Shown piece after piece: positions 29,607 to 40,272 of a stretch of 64,000 bases of DNA. The notes beneath the pieces were generated by a model. That model made no database searches. It was not told the origin of the DNA and worked only from the letters and a program-made list of their open reading frames with translations. The DNA comes from Burkholderiales bacterium (lineage in GTDB: Bacteria; Pseudomonadota; Gammaproteobacteria; Burkholderiales; SG8-41). The stretch lies in contig JALHRQ010000016.1 in assembly GCA_022841375.1 (NCBI GenBank), positions 2,166-66,165 of the forward strand, in the 5' to 3' direction. The position numbers and the translations under genes were made by a program. Numbering within the stretch: position 1 is the first letter of the stretch; each line of letters starts with the position of its first letter.

Positions 29607-29779
29607 GATGCTCCTCCGTTTCCCGGACACCCCGGGGTTGATCAATCGATCCCGATTCCGGCCTCCCGGATCACCCGGGCCTGGCACTTGTTGTTCTTGC
29701 GCATAAATTTCCAAATGCCGCCGGCGAGTTGCCTGCCGGTATCGCTACCGCACTCTGATGAATCCCCGCAGGCATTGAT

Positions 29780-30742
29780 TCAGTCCGGCTGCGCATTGGA
29801 ATCCTTGACCGCCTTGCCCCACTTGCGGATTTCACTCTGGATAAATGCGGCAAACGCAGACGCTGTCATCGGCTGCGGTTCGCTGCCCAGCGCCAGCAGG
29901 CGTTCGGTGACGTCCGGCTGGGCGATGGCCAGTTGCGTTTCCTGGTGCAGGCGCGACAACACCGCAGGCGGCGTGCTTGCGGGCGCCAGCAAACCGTACC
30001 AGCCGATAACTTCAAAATCACGCACGGTTTCACCGATCGCCGGCAATCCAGGCGCCAGCTTAGACCGGGTGGCGCTGGTCATGCCGAGTGCACGCAAACG
30101 CCCCGACTGCACCAGCGGCATCGCAACTGGCGTCACGGCAGTGGTGAAATGCACATGGCCGCCGATCAGGTCATTGATTGCCAGCATGATGCCTTTGTAG
30201 GGGACATGCACAAAATCAATGCCGGCCGCGGACTTCAGCATCTGTGAAGCCAGATGCGGCGGCGTGCCCGAGCCGCCGCTGGCAAACAGCAGTTCGCCGC
30301 GCCGCGACTTCGCCAGCGTGATCAGCTCGCGCACAGAACGCACCGGCAGGCTCGGATGTACGGCGAGCACAAAAGGCGCCGTCGCCACCATCGCCACCGG
30401 TGCAAGATCGCGGGTCAGGTCATAACCCAGCTTGGGAAAAAGCGTCATGCTGATGGCCTGGCTGGCCGACCCCAGCAGCAAGGTATGGCCGTCAGGCGCC
30501 GCGCGTGCAACCAGCTCTGCGCCGAGATTGCCGCCGGCTCCGGGACGATTCTCGACGTAAAACTGCTGTACCATGCGTTCCGCGAACTTCGCCGCCACCA
30601 TGCGCGCGATCAGGTCAGGGCCGCCGCCCGCAGCGACGGCGATCATACGCACCGGCCGTTGCGGATAGTTTTGCGCGGCAGCCGTCGCGGCGATCAGCAG
30701 CATTGCCGCAGCAACACAGAAATGAGCACGCTGTCCAGTCAT
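29780..30742 (-). CDS. Bug/TctC family substrate-binding protein
   Basis: YPQRPVRMI, ENRPGAGG and HVPYKG; start approximate. Confidence 0.9.
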   Translation of the reverse strand: MTGQRAHFCVAAAMLLIAATAAAQNYPQRPVRMIAVAAGGGPDLIARMVAAKFAERMVQQFYVENRPGAGGNLGAELVARAAPDGHTLLLGSASQAISMTLFPKLGYDLTRDLAPVAMVATAPFVLAVHPSLPVRSVRELITLAKSRRGELLFASGGSGTPPHLASQMLKSAAGIDFVHVPYKGIMLAINDLIGGHVHFTTAVTPVAMPLVQSGRLRALGMTSATRSKLAPGLPAIGETVRDFEVIGWYGLLAPASTPPAVLSRLHQETQLAIAQPDVTERLLALGSEPQPMTASAFAAFIQSEIRKWGKAVKDSNAQPD

Positions 30743-30750
30743 GCCGGCAG

Positions 30751-31653
30751 TCAGGCGGACCGCGGGTGACCGCGCCGGCCGCATTGGCGTGCACGCAGCA
30801 GCTCGCCATTGGCAGTCGTCACATACAGACTGTCGAGCCCGGTGTCGCCGAACGCGCAACGCATCGGCAGATCGACCGGCAGCGCATGGGTTTCCAGCAC
30901 TGCGCCGGACGGACTGAATACATAAACCAGCGCCCCTGCACCGGCACCCCGGGCGCCGCCGCAGGCAACGATATTGCCTTCCGCATCCAGACACAGGCCT
31001 TCGATGCCGCGATGCGTTCCGCGATGGTCACTGCCAAAGGTGTGCAGCACCGCGTACGGACCGAGACTGCCGTCCTCCCGGACCGGATAGGCCCGCAGTT
31101 CCCGCACCGCAGACTGCACATCGCCTTCCGCGACGTACAAGGTTTTTTCATCAGCGGACAACAACACCGCGCGCGGCGCGCGGTTGTCGTAGGTCATCCG
31201 CCGCAGCGCCCAGGACTTGCGGTCGTCGCGTTCGACGCGCAATACCGAGGCATGGTCCAGCGGCGGAAAAATCTTCGGGCCAAAGGCCGGTGTACCGCTG
31301 TGCGGATCGGAAAACCAGATGCGTCCGTCACGATCAACCGCCAGATCGCAGGGATGATTATGCACCCGCCCCTGAAGACGCAGCGCAGTCACCGTGGCAG
31401 AACCATCTGCGAGAAACTGCACAACACGGCGTCCGCCCTCCTGACAGCCGTAGAGGGAACCGCGGGGCCCCGCGGCGATGCCGTTGGTACGCCCGGTGTA
31501 TTGACGAAACTCCGTCGTTGTGTTTTTTGCCGGATCAAAACGCAGGATGCGTTCCTCGTTGATCAGGCTGAACAGCATGCCGCTGCCGTCCCATACCAGG
31601 CCGCCGGCCGGTCCGTTATACGGGCCCGCCACCTTTTCAAATGTCCATGCCAT
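30751..31653 (-). CDS. SMP-30/gluconolactonase/LRE family protein
   Basis: Beta-propeller pattern (GLVWD, TNG, PCDL, EGLCLDAEG, CAFG...LYVT). Confidence 0.87.
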   Translation of the reverse strand: MAWTFEKVAGPYNGPAGGLVWDGSGMLFSLINEERILRFDPAKNTTTEFRQYTGRTNGIAAGPRGSLYGCQEGGRRVVQFLADGSATVTALRLQGRVHNHPCDLAVDRDGRIWFSDPHSGTPAFGPKIFPPLDHASVLRVERDDRKSWALRRMTYDNRAPRAVLLSADEKTLYVAEGDVQSAVRELRAYPVREDGSLGPYAVLHTFGSDHRGTHRGIEGLCLDAEGNIVACGGARGAGAGALVYVFSPSGAVLETHALPVDLPMRCAFGDTGLDSLYVTTANGELLRARQCGRRGHPRSA

Positions 31654-31666
31654 CGGCGACTCTCCG

Positions 31667-32560
31667 TTACCAGACCGCGACACCGGGAACCTTCACCCGG
31701 GTGCGATAAATCGAATCGTAGGTGGTGACATACAAGGACTTCCAGTCGTCATCACCCCACGCCATATTGGTGCTGTGTCCGGGAATCTTCAGTCGGCCAA
31801 GCACGCCGCCCTTCGGGTCAAATACGTAAACCCCGCCCGGGCCGGTGCAATACACATTGCCCTCGATGTCCACTTTCATCCCGTCCGCGACGCCCGGTTC
31901 GGGTTCGGTAAATTTGTGGAACAAGCGGCCCGCGCTAACCGTGCCGTCGGCCTTGACGTCATGAACATTGATCAGGCCCAGCCGGCTGTCATTCACATAC
32001 AGCAATTTTTCGTCCGGCGAAAACACCAGCCCGTTGGGATAGGTGCAGTCGGCAATCGCCAGACTGACCGTCTTGCCGTCCGGAGACAACCGGAACACGC
32101 CCATTACATCGAGGTAGCGCTGGGTGTCCTGCGCGACCATGCCGGGAATCACCAGACCACCGGCGGAATCGGTCCACCAGATCGAACCGTCGGATTTCAC
32201 GACAATGTCGTTGGGGCTGTTGAATTTCTTGCCTTCATACCGATCCGCAATCACCCGGGTCGAGCCATCCTTCTCGAACCGCCAGATCGTGCGGTTCGAC
32301 CAGCCCGCGACAACAATGCGCCCTTCGAGATCACAGGTCATGCCGTTGGCATGACCTGAGGGCCGCATCACCACCTCCTGGCTGCCGCCGGGTTTCCACT
32401 TCCAGATGGTGTTGCCGATGATATCCGCCCAATACAGATGACCGCTGCGACGGTCCCACACCGGGCCTTCACCAAAAGTCAGTCCATGGGCAATGCGATC
32501 CATCGGCGCATTGCGGCCGATGATGTGCGCCAAAGCCGGGGCTTCGAGATCAATATCCAC
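31667..32560 (-). CDS. SMP-30/gluconolactonase/LRE family protein
   Basis: EGPVW, FNSPND, PNGL.FSPDE, DGMKVD and TNMAWG; GTG 32560 behind AAGGAG. Confidence 0.9.
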   Translation of the reverse strand: MDIDLEAPALAHIIGRNAPMDRIAHGLTFGEGPVWDRRSGHLYWADIIGNTIWKWKPGGSQEVVMRPSGHANGMTCDLEGRIVVAGWSNRTIWRFEKDGSTRVIADRYEGKKFNSPNDIVVKSDGSIWWTDSAGGLVIPGMVAQDTQRYLDVMGVFRLSPDGKTVSLAIADCTYPNGLVFSPDEKLLYVNDSRLGLINVHDVKADGTVSAGRLFHKFTEPEPGVADGMKVDIEGNVYCTGPGGVYVFDPKGGVLGRLKIPGHSTNMAWGDDDWKSLYVTTYDSIYRTRVKVPGVAVW

Positions 32561-34247
32561 CGGCCGCTCCTTCCGGGGTCCACCCCTTTTTGGCGAATGC
32601 CTTGACATCACTGGCCGCGTCGATGACCACCGGACGGTTCAGCGTATAGGCCTTTTGCAGGGCGGCACGCAACTCAGCCGGCGTTTTAGCCCGCATCCCC
32701 ACGCAACCGAAGGACTCCGCCACCTGCGCGAAATCCGTGGTGCGGAACTTCCACAGGTCTTCCGGATTCGCCTGCGTTACGCCGTCAAACGCCTTGTCCC
32801 ACAACGGGATTTCCTGGTTCAGTGCATTGTTGTTGTTGACCACCACCACCAGATTGATGCCGAAGCGCGCAGCGGTTTCCAGTTCTCCGATGTGATAATA
32901 AAACGCACCGTCACCGGTAAAACACACCACCGGTTGATCGGGCAATGCGCACTTCACGCCCATCGCCCCGGGAAATCCCCAGCCCATCGAACCGGCGCAG
33001 CGGATGTAGCGTTGCGATGGATGGCGCAGCTCGATCATCACACCGCTCCACATTCCCGAATGCCCGGTGTCCGATACCACGACACCGTTTTCGGGCAAGG
33101 TTTCCGAAATCTCCTTGCAGATGCGTTCCGGTCGCATCGGCACCGCGTCGGAATCCCGCAGCGGCTCACTTTCGGCACGCCAGTCAGCGACCAGCTTTTG
33201 CACCCGTGCCACCCAGGTCGCCATCGCCGCTGATGGTTGCGCGGGAATGACTGCCAGCAGTTGCTGAAGAGTCGCCTTCGCATCGCCGGCCAGTGACACG
33301 CTGTTCGGATAATTACGGCCGAGTTCCAGCGGTTCGATGTCGAGCTGGATAACCCGCGTGCCGGTGCCCGGAATTTTCCAGTTGACCGTGGTCTGGCCGC
33401 CGGTGCGGCTGCCGATAAAAAACACCAGGTCGGCTTCATGCACCGCACGATTGGCGCAGGCGCGGGAATAAGTGCCGACCACACCCACCGCCAACGGATG
33501 CTGGTCGACGATGGCCGCCTTGGCATTCAGTGTAGTCGCCACCGGAATCGACAGGCGTTCAGCCAGTGCCAGCACTTCGGCCTGCGCGCCCGACGACATC
33601 ACGCCGCCTCCGGCAACAATAATCGGTTTCTGCGCAGCAGCCAGTTGCGTCGCGACTTCACGAATCGCCGCAGCATCAGCTACCGGCCGGAACGCCGGGA
33701 CCCGCGAAAACGCCGGTTCCGTGGCCGATGACAGATCTGCCTCGCCGTCAGCCACCTGGCCGTGCAGTCCGCGCAACTGCAAATGCACCGGGCGCGGCGC
33801 GCCCGAGGTTGCGGCGCGGAATGCCTGCCGCAGCAAATCGGGCAGACGCGCCAGATCATCGACGCGGGCGTTGAACTTGGTCACCGCGTCGAACTGCGAC
33901 ATGTCCTCGACTTCCTGGTACGCATTGCGGTAACGCCCGGAAGGCACATGGCCGCCGGTAATTGCAATCAGCGGTGCCGAGGCCATATAGGCGTCGCGCA
34001 GACCGGCAGCAAGATTGGACGCGCCGATCTGCTGTGACATGCAGATGCCGGGCTTGCCGCTGGCACGGGCGTAACCGTCAGCCATATACACCGCGGACTT
34101 TTCGCCGTGTGTCATCACGCGGCGGATGTTCATGCCCTCCATCTCCGCCATGCCTTTGAGCAGAATCGCCGGCACATAAAAAAGGTGACTGACCCCGTAG
34201 CCGCGCAACATCTCCGCGACCAGGCGCGAACCCGTCATTCTTGGCAT
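32550..34247 (-). CDS. Thiamine pyrophosphate-dependent enzyme (acetolactate synthase-like family)
   Basis: HGE..A.YMADGYARASG, GSMGWGFPGAMG and the TPP motif GDGA...NN. Confidence 0.92.
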   Translation of the reverse strand: MPRMTGSRLVAEMLRGYGVSHLFYVPAILLKGMAEMEGMNIRRVMTHGEKSAVYMADGYARASGKPGICMSQQIGASNLAAGLRDAYMASAPLIAITGGHVPSGRYRNAYQEVEDMSQFDAVTKFNARVDDLARLPDLLRQAFRAATSGAPRPVHLQLRGLHGQVADGEADLSSATEPAFSRVPAFRPVADAAAIREVATQLAAAQKPIIVAGGGVMSSGAQAEVLALAERLSIPVATTLNAKAAIVDQHPLAVGVVGTYSRACANRAVHEADLVFFIGSRTGGQTTVNWKIPGTGTRVIQLDIEPLELGRNYPNSVSLAGDAKATLQQLLAVIPAQPSAAMATWVARVQKLVADWRAESEPLRDSDAVPMRPERICKEISETLPENGVVVSDTGHSGMWSGVMIELRHPSQRYIRCAGSMGWGFPGAMGVKCALPDQPVVCFTGDGAFYYHIGELETAARFGINLVVVVNNNNALNQEIPLWDKAFDGVTQANPEDLWKFRTTDFAQVAESFGCVGMRAKTPAELRAALQKAYTLNRPVVIDAASDVKAFAKKGWTPEGAAGGY

Positions 34248-34350
34248 TCCTGTTCCCCTCACTGTTGGAGACTGCAGTTTAAGACCGCTTGGTTATCCAA
34301 TAAAAGAATATTTGAGTATTGTTCGATGCCTGTTTGATATAGTTGGCGGC

Positions 34351-35280
34351 ATGAACCTCCGCCAGCTCCGTTACCTGCAGGGCATCGCCGAATCCGGATT
34401 CAACATTTCCCGCGCGGCAGAACATCTGCATACCGCACAGCCCGGGATCAGCCGCCAGATCCAGCTGCTGGAACAGGAACTCGGGGTCAGTCTGCTGCTG
34501 CGCAGGGGCAATCGGATTGTCGGCCTCACCGAGGCCGGTGGCGCGGTGCTGGAAGTGGCCCAGCGCATGCTCCGCGACGCCGACAACCTGCGGCATATCG
34601 GCGCCGAGTTCACGCAGCAGAGCTCAGGTCGACTGGTGATCGCCACCACCCACATCCATGCCCGTTATGTGCTGCAGCGCGTGATCAAGACCTTCATGGT
34701 CACCCACCCGCGCGTGCAACTGGTGCTGCGCCAGGGCGGGCCGGCGCAGATTGCGCAGCTGGTTGCAGCCGGCGAAGCCGATCTCGGCATCAGCAGCGAG
34801 CCGCCGGAGCCCGTGCATGAACTGGTGATGCTGCCCTGCTCCAAACTGGACCGCAGTGTGATCACCCGAAAACGTCATCCGCTGTTGAAGGAAAAACGGC
34901 TGACTCTGAAAATGCTCGCCGCCTATCCGCTGATCACGCTCGATCAGAGTTATATCGGCGGTTCCGCAGTATTGCGGGCATTTGAAAAAGCGAAGATTAC
35001 GCCGAACATCGTGCTGTCCGCGATTGATGCCGACGTCATCAAAACCTACGTCGAACTCGGGTTGGGGATCGCCATCCTGCCCACGGTGGCCTATGAACCC
35101 GAGCGCGACCGCAACCTGCAGGTGCGTGACGCCAGCGGGCTATTCGAACCCACCATTGCGCGCATCGAAATCCGTCGCAGCAGTTTCCTGCGCGACTACA
35201 TGTACGATTTCATCCGGCTGGTGGCGCCCGCATGGAATCGCGAAATGATCGATCAGATCATGCGTTCAGGCCCGCGCTGA
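34351..35280 (+). CDS. LysR-type regulator, CysB/Cbl subfamily
   Basis: MNLRQLRY, FNISRAAEHLHTAQPGISRQI, ATTHIHARY and DADVIKTYVELGLG. Confidence 0.9.
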   Translation: MNLRQLRYLQGIAESGFNISRAAEHLHTAQPGISRQIQLLEQELGVSLLLRRGNRIVGLTEAGGAVLEVAQRMLRDADNLRHIGAEFTQQSSGRLVIATTHIHARYVLQRVIKTFMVTHPRVQLVLRQGGPAQIAQLVAAGEADLGISSEPPEPVHELVMLPCSKLDRSVITRKRHPLLKEKRLTLKMLAAYPLITLDQSYIGGSAVLRAFEKAKITPNIVLSAIDADVIKTYVELGLGIAILPTVAYEPERDRNLQVRDASGLFEPTIARIEIRRSSFLRDYMYDFIRLVAPAWNREMIDQIMRSGPR

Positions 35281-35293
35281 AACAAAGCGTCAT

Positions 35294-36274
35294 CTACAGA
35301 TCGGCCTTGATGCCGGCCGTCTTGACGATTTTTGCGTATTTGCCGATATCCGACTTGATGGTCGCGGTGAATTGCTCCGGACTGCCGCCAATCGGCTCAT
35401 AACCGAGCGCTCCCAGCCGCTGAATCACATCTGCTGACTTGAGGCTGCTGGCAATCGCCGCATTCAGCCTTGTCACCACGGCTTTCGGTACACCTTCCGG
35501 CGCCACCACGCCAAACCAGGGTGAAATGTCGTAACCGGGCAAACCGGATTCCGCGATCGTTGGAATTTCCGGCGACGATACCACCCGCTTTGCACTGGTG
35601 ACGCCAACGGTGCGCAATTTGCCCACTGCGGCATGCGGCTTGATCAGGGACAGATCGGCAAACATCATGTCAATCTGACCGCTGACAACATCCGTCAACG
35701 CAGGTGCCGTGCCTTTGTAGGGCACATGCAGGACGTCGGATTTGGCCATTGCGTTGAACAATTCAGCAGCCAGACTGGACATGCTGCCCATGCCCGACGA
35801 TCCGTAACTCAAATAGCCGGCTTTTTTAGCGGCGATCGGAACCAACTCCCTCACCGACTTGGCCGGCACCGTGGGATTCACGGCCAGTGCGTAAGGCACC
35901 AGCGCCACGTTGATCACCGGCGTGAAATCCTTGACGGGATCGTAGGACAGTTTTTCATACAAACTGGGAGCGACGGCGAGATTGCTGGTGCCGCCCATGG
36001 CGATGCCATAACCGTCTTTGGGCAGTCGTGCCGCGGCCTCAAGACCAATGGTGCCGCCGGCGCCACCGCGATTTTCCACGATTACCTGCTGGCCCCATTG
36101 CTCAGTCAGTTTCTGACCTACCAGGCGGCCGAGAATGTCATTGGGACCGCCGGGGGCAAAGGGCACGATCAGCTTCATCGGCTTCGCCGGAAACTGCTGA
36201 GCCTGCGCCAATCCGCAGGAAGCCCATATCAACATCGAAAAACCCAAATACACCGTAGATGCAAACGTTTTCAT
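35294..36274 (-). CDS. Bug/TctC family substrate-binding protein
   Basis: FPAKPMKLIVPFAPGGPND and HVPYKGTAPA. Confidence 0.93.
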   Translation of the reverse strand: MKTFASTVYLGFSMLIWASCGLAQAQQFPAKPMKLIVPFAPGGPNDILGRLVGQKLTEQWGQQVIVENRGGAGGTIGLEAAARLPKDGYGIAMGGTSNLAVAPSLYEKLSYDPVKDFTPVINVALVPYALAVNPTVPAKSVRELVPIAAKKAGYLSYGSSGMGSMSSLAAELFNAMAKSDVLHVPYKGTAPALTDVVSGQIDMMFADLSLIKPHAAVGKLRTVGVTSAKRVVSSPEIPTIAESGLPGYDISPWFGVVAPEGVPKAVVTRLNAAIASSLKSADVIQRLGALGYEPIGGSPEQFTATIKSDIGKYAKIVKTAGIKADL

Positions 36275-36443
36275 TAAATACCCCTGATTAAAATCCTCAA
36301 CGGGATAAAAGCAAGCATCGTGCCCATGGTTCATGCGCTGTGATGACGGTCAAAAGGCAAAAGCGCATTCACATCGTGCATGACCCCGTGGAGCCGCCCC
36401 AAGGAGGTGCGGCTTCCTTGCGCGGCTTGTTCAGGACAGCGCG

Positions 36444-37667
36444 TCAGCGATGGATTTCGAGACTGCGGTGTGCCGACCAGATGTACCACAATCCAATGGC
36501 CGCCGGAACGGACAATAACGCAAACGTCAGCGTGTAATCACCGGTCAGCAGAAAAACGTTGGCGCAGGCGATGGGACCGATAGCCTTGCCGGTATTGACA
36601 TACACCAGCGCGCCGCCGGTCAAAGGGCTGATTTGTTCGCGCGGCGCGATGCGCGCGATTTCCGCCAGGAAGGCACCGTTCCAGCCGCTGGCGGTGGAAC
36701 CCATTACAAAAAACAGCGCGCATGCCCCCACCATCGGCCATTGCGGCGTCAATGCAATGCATACCAGCGAAGAGACCACCATCACCACGCCGAGGATGAC
36801 CATGGATGCGAATGCATTGCCAAGACGATCCGCCATCCATCCCCAGAACAGGCGCCCGGCGACGCCACCGACCTGCGCCGCCGTCAGCACAAATCCCGCT
36901 GCAATCAGATCCCAGCCCAGTTCTTCGTTGAACAGGATTACGGTAAATGTGGAAATGCCGAACTGCACGACCACAAAGCAGCCGCCGCAGATCGACAACC
37001 CGCGCAACGCCGGATGGCGCCAGATGGCCACGACCCCGCTGAAGGGATTGCCGCCGATCGGCGCCTTGGGATCGCGGTCTGCATCCCAGTACGGTCGGGC
37101 TCGCCCCATGATCATCACCAGAATGAGCAGCGCCAGAGAATTTCCGGCAATTGCCCACTGCCAGCCGAAGTGCACCGCAACCGCAGGCGTGATCAGCGCG
37201 GCGCCAATGCCGCCGATCGGGACGCCGGTCTGCTTCAGTGAAAAAATCAGGTTGCGGCGGTCCGCCGGCGTGAAGCGCAGCAGCAGGTTTGAAGCCGAAG
37301 GGGTCAGTGCGCCATAGCCGAGGCCCAGCGCAATCGACGCGAGAAAGAAAAACGCAACATGCGGCAGGATCGCGATCAACCCACCGGCGGCCACCAGCGA
37401 CAGGCCGATCTGCTGCATACGGGTCGAGCCCCAGCGGCTGTTGAATTTGCTGCCGAAGGCCAGCGAAACAATCATCGCGCAGGCCAGCATGCTGATCTGA
37501 TAACCGACCAGCGCCGAGGAAATGCCGTAAGTCTGCGCAACCTTGGGCGCGACAGCGGGAATCATTGTCGTGCCCATGGTGCCGATGCTCTGCCCGGCGA
37601 GCAGAACACTCATCAGAAATGTGAACGACGGCTGGCTTTTATCGCCGACAGGCGCGCTGACGCTCAC
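36444..37667 (-). CDS. MFS transporter
   Basis: RNLIFSLKQTGVP, GWMADRLG and GWNG; GTG start overlaps the upstream stop. Confidence 0.9.
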   Translation of the reverse strand: MSVSAPVGDKSQPSFTFLMSVLLAGQSIGTMGTTMIPAVAPKVAQTYGISSALVGYQISMLACAMIVSLAFGSKFNSRWGSTRMQQIGLSLVAAGGLIAILPHVAFFFLASIALGLGYGALTPSASNLLLRFTPADRRNLIFSLKQTGVPIGGIGAALITPAVAVHFGWQWAIAGNSLALLILVMIMGRARPYWDADRDPKAPIGGNPFSGVVAIWRHPALRGLSICGGCFVVVQFGISTFTVILFNEELGWDLIAAGFVLTAAQVGGVAGRLFWGWMADRLGNAFASMVILGVVMVVSSLVCIALTPQWPMVGACALFFVMGSTASGWNGAFLAEIARIAPREQISPLTGGALVYVNTGKAIGPIACANVFLLTGDYTLTFALLSVPAAIGLWYIWSAHRSLEIHR

Positions 37668-38257
37668 CGGGCGACCGCTTGCGGAACCGTCCACAGATAG
37701 ATGATCGAAGACCAAGTACCGGTGATGTCGTATTTCTCGTTCAACTCCAGACTGACGCTTCGATCCGGCTTCCAGTTGCCGAAATCGAAATCGTGGGAGA
37801 CGATGCGCGTACCCGGTTTCAGTTCGCGCAGCAGTTTGGCGCGCAACTCTTGCATCATCGCCGGCAGCAGGTACAGGGTAACCACCGTGGCCTCGCGCAC
37901 ATCCGCCTTGAGCACGTCTTGTTCAACAAAACTGACCTGCTGATCCAGCCCGAGTTTGCGTGCGGCCGCATTGCTGCGGGCGACCAGTTCACGATCGATG
38001 TCATAGCCGCGACCGCGCGCGCCATGCTTCTGTGCCGCAGTGATGACAATGCGGCCGTCACCGGAACCCAGATCAATGACGAAATCACTGCTGGTGACGC
38101 CGGCCACGCGCAGCATTTCCTCGACCACGCGCGGGGGCGTCGGCACATACGGTCCGCCGGTCAGTGCGACGTCCGCCGCCTGCGCCACTGCCGCACTGGC
38201 GATCAGCGCCGCCAGTCCGCTGCGAAGGGCAAACAAAAATACTTTAAAATCAATCAC
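37664..38257 (-). CDS. Class I SAM-dependent methyltransferase (aKMT/FAM173-like) with predicted signal peptide
   Basis: PYVPTP..VV..ML, DLGSGDGRIV, EATVVTLYL and ELKPGTRIVSHDF; N-terminal AVAQA-A. Confidence 0.88.
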   Translation of the reverse strand: MIDFKVFLFALRSGLAALIASAAVAQAADVALTGGPYVPTPPRVVEEMLRVAGVTSSDFVIDLGSGDGRIVITAAQKHGARGRGYDIDRELVARSNAAARKLGLDQQVSFVEQDVLKADVREATVVTLYLLPAMMQELRAKLLRELKPGTRIVSHDFDFGNWKPDRSVSLELNEKYDITGTWSSIIYLWTVPQAVAR

Positions 38258-38263
38258 TTATAT

Positions 38264-39787
38264 CTAGTCTATGGTTTTATCCAGACCCACGCTGGAACGC
38301 CAGTCTTTACTCTTGAAAATCAGCGGCTTCAGCGCCAGACCCAGCAGGATCAGACCCATCACCAACATCGTCACCGCAATCGGCCGTTGCACAAATATGG
38401 CGTAATCGCCTCCGCTCATCGCCAGTGACTGGCGCAGCGACAACTCAAGCATCGGCCCGAGCACCAGACCCAGCGCCACCGGCGCGAGGTCGTAACCGAA
38501 TTTGCGCAGCACATAACCGACGCCGCCCATCACCAGCATGATCCACACGTCCATCGTGCTGTTGCTGACTGAATAGCAGCCGAGAATGCAGAACGCCAGG
38601 ATGCAGGGGTAGAGATAAGCATACGGAATCCGCAGCAAATTCACGAACAGGCCGACCATCGGCAGATTCAGCACCAGCAGCACGACGTTGCCGACGTACA
38701 TGCTGGCAACAAAGCCCCAGAACAGGTCGGGCTGCTGCTGAATCAGCATCGGACCCGGCAGGATGCCGTGCACCATGATCGCCGCAAGCATCACCGCGGT
38801 AACCGGGCCGGTCGGTATGCCCAGCGCCAGCATCGGCACAAACGCGCCCGTGGCCGCAGCGTTATTGGCCGACTCCGGACCCGCAACACCTTCAATCGCG
38901 CCGTTGCCGAAACGCTCCGGATGTTTCGACAACCGGCGTTCAATGCCGTACGACACGAACGACGAAATGATATGCGCCGAACCCGGAATGATGCCGATCA
39001 TGAAACCGAGCAGGCTGCCGCGCATGATCGGACCAACCGACAGTTTGAGATCGGCTTTCGTCGGTATCAGCTGGCGCAGTGTCGGCTGCTGCACTTTGGG
39101 CGGATCAACCTGTCCCGCGGTCAGCAGGATTTCAGAGATGCCGAAAAGGCCCACCGCCACCGGCACGATGCCGACGCCGTCGCCGAGCTCGACGATATCG
39201 AAACTGAAGCGCGTGTAGCCGCTCATCACGTCAATGCCGATCATGCCCAGCAGCAGGCCCAGCACGGCCATCGCCAGCGTCTTCAGCATCGAGCCGCCGC
39301 TCATATAGGCCAGCACGAACAACCCCATCAGCAGCAGCGCGGTGTATTCCGGCGGACCGAAGCGCAGCGCAAACGACGCCAGCGTCGGCGCCATCAGCAT
39401 CAGACCGATGACACCGAAAGTACCGGCAAAAAACGAACCGATCGCGGCAATCGCCAAGGCCGGGCCGGCGCGCCCCTGCTGGGTCATCGCATAACCGTCG
39501 ACGCAGGTCATCACCGAAGCCGCTTCGCCGGGGATACGCATCAGAATCGATGTCGTGGAGCCGCCGTACATCGCGCCGTAATAAACACCGGCGAGCAGCA
39601 CGATGGCGATGATCGGATTGAGCCCGAACGTCGCCGGCAGCAGCAGGCTGATCCCCGCCAGCGGCCCCAGTCCCGGCATCATGCCGACCAGCGTGCCGAT
39701 GATGCAGCCAAAAAAAGCGTACATCAGCACTTCCGGCTGGAACGCCACCGAAAAACCCATCATCAGGCTGTTGAACGTTTCACCCAT
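38264..39787 (-). CDS. tctA: Tripartite tricarboxylate transporter large permease TctA
   Basis: [29 protein letters not shown] and LALGIP. Confidence 0.95.
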   Translation of the reverse strand: MGETFNSLMMGFSVAFQPEVLMYAFFGCIIGTLVGMMPGLGPLAGISLLLPATFGLNPIIAIVLLAGVYYGAMYGGSTTSILMRIPGEAASVMTCVDGYAMTQQGRAGPALAIAAIGSFFAGTFGVIGLMLMAPTLASFALRFGPPEYTALLLMGLFVLAYMSGGSMLKTLAMAVLGLLLGMIGIDVMSGYTRFSFDIVELGDGVGIVPVAVGLFGISEILLTAGQVDPPKVQQPTLRQLIPTKADLKLSVGPIMRGSLLGFMIGIIPGSAHIISSFVSYGIERRLSKHPERFGNGAIEGVAGPESANNAAATGAFVPMLALGIPTGPVTAVMLAAIMVHGILPGPMLIQQQPDLFWGFVASMYVGNVVLLVLNLPMVGLFVNLLRIPYAYLYPCILAFCILGCYSVSNSTMDVWIMLVMGGVGYVLRKFGYDLAPVALGLVLGPMLELSLRQSLAMSGGDYAIFVQRPIAVTMLVMGLILLGLALKPLIFKSKDWRSSVGLDKTID

Positions 39788-40269
39788 CAGAAGCCCCAGG
39801 GACCGCGTGGCAGCGGTACTTTCAACAAAACGCCGATGACATAAAACGAGGCCAGGCTGAAACCGGCGGATACCATCACCACCGTCAGCGGATGCTTGCG
39901 CTCGATGACACCGAGGAAAAACACCAGGAATGCGGCGGTGGTCAGCCGGTAACCAATACGCTCCAGCGCAAAGGTGGCGGCCACACAGGCCCCCATGATG
40001 ATCAGTGCGCGGGTCGCCTCCGGCCAGGCGGTATCGGCTAACGACTGCGAGCGAGCCCCCATTACCGCCACCAGCAGCCCGATGCCGCCCAAAGTGCAGG
40101 CCAGCAGCAGCGGCACATAACCCGGCCCCGGATCGGCCAGTGTGCCGACCGGAAATTCGCGATTGAACCAGACCACCACCAGCGCGATGGCGATCAGCAC
40201 AACGCCCGAAATCTGGTCGCTGCGCAAACCGCCCTTCACCTGCACATCTGCATCCTTTGCTTCAATCAT
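39787..40269 (-). CDS. tctB: Tripartite tricarboxylate transporter small permease TctB
   Basis: Four TM, PGPGYVP, ERIGY and C-terminal LKVPLP; lies between tctC and tctA. Confidence 0.9.
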   Translation of the reverse strand: MIEAKDADVQVKGGLRSDQISGVVLIAIALVVVWFNREFPVGTLADPGPGYVPLLLACTLGGIGLLVAVMGARSQSLADTAWPEATRALIIMGACVAATFALERIGYRLTTAAFLVFFLGVIERKHPLTVVMVSAGFSLASFYVIGVLLKVPLPRGPWGF

Positions 40270-40272
40270 GAA

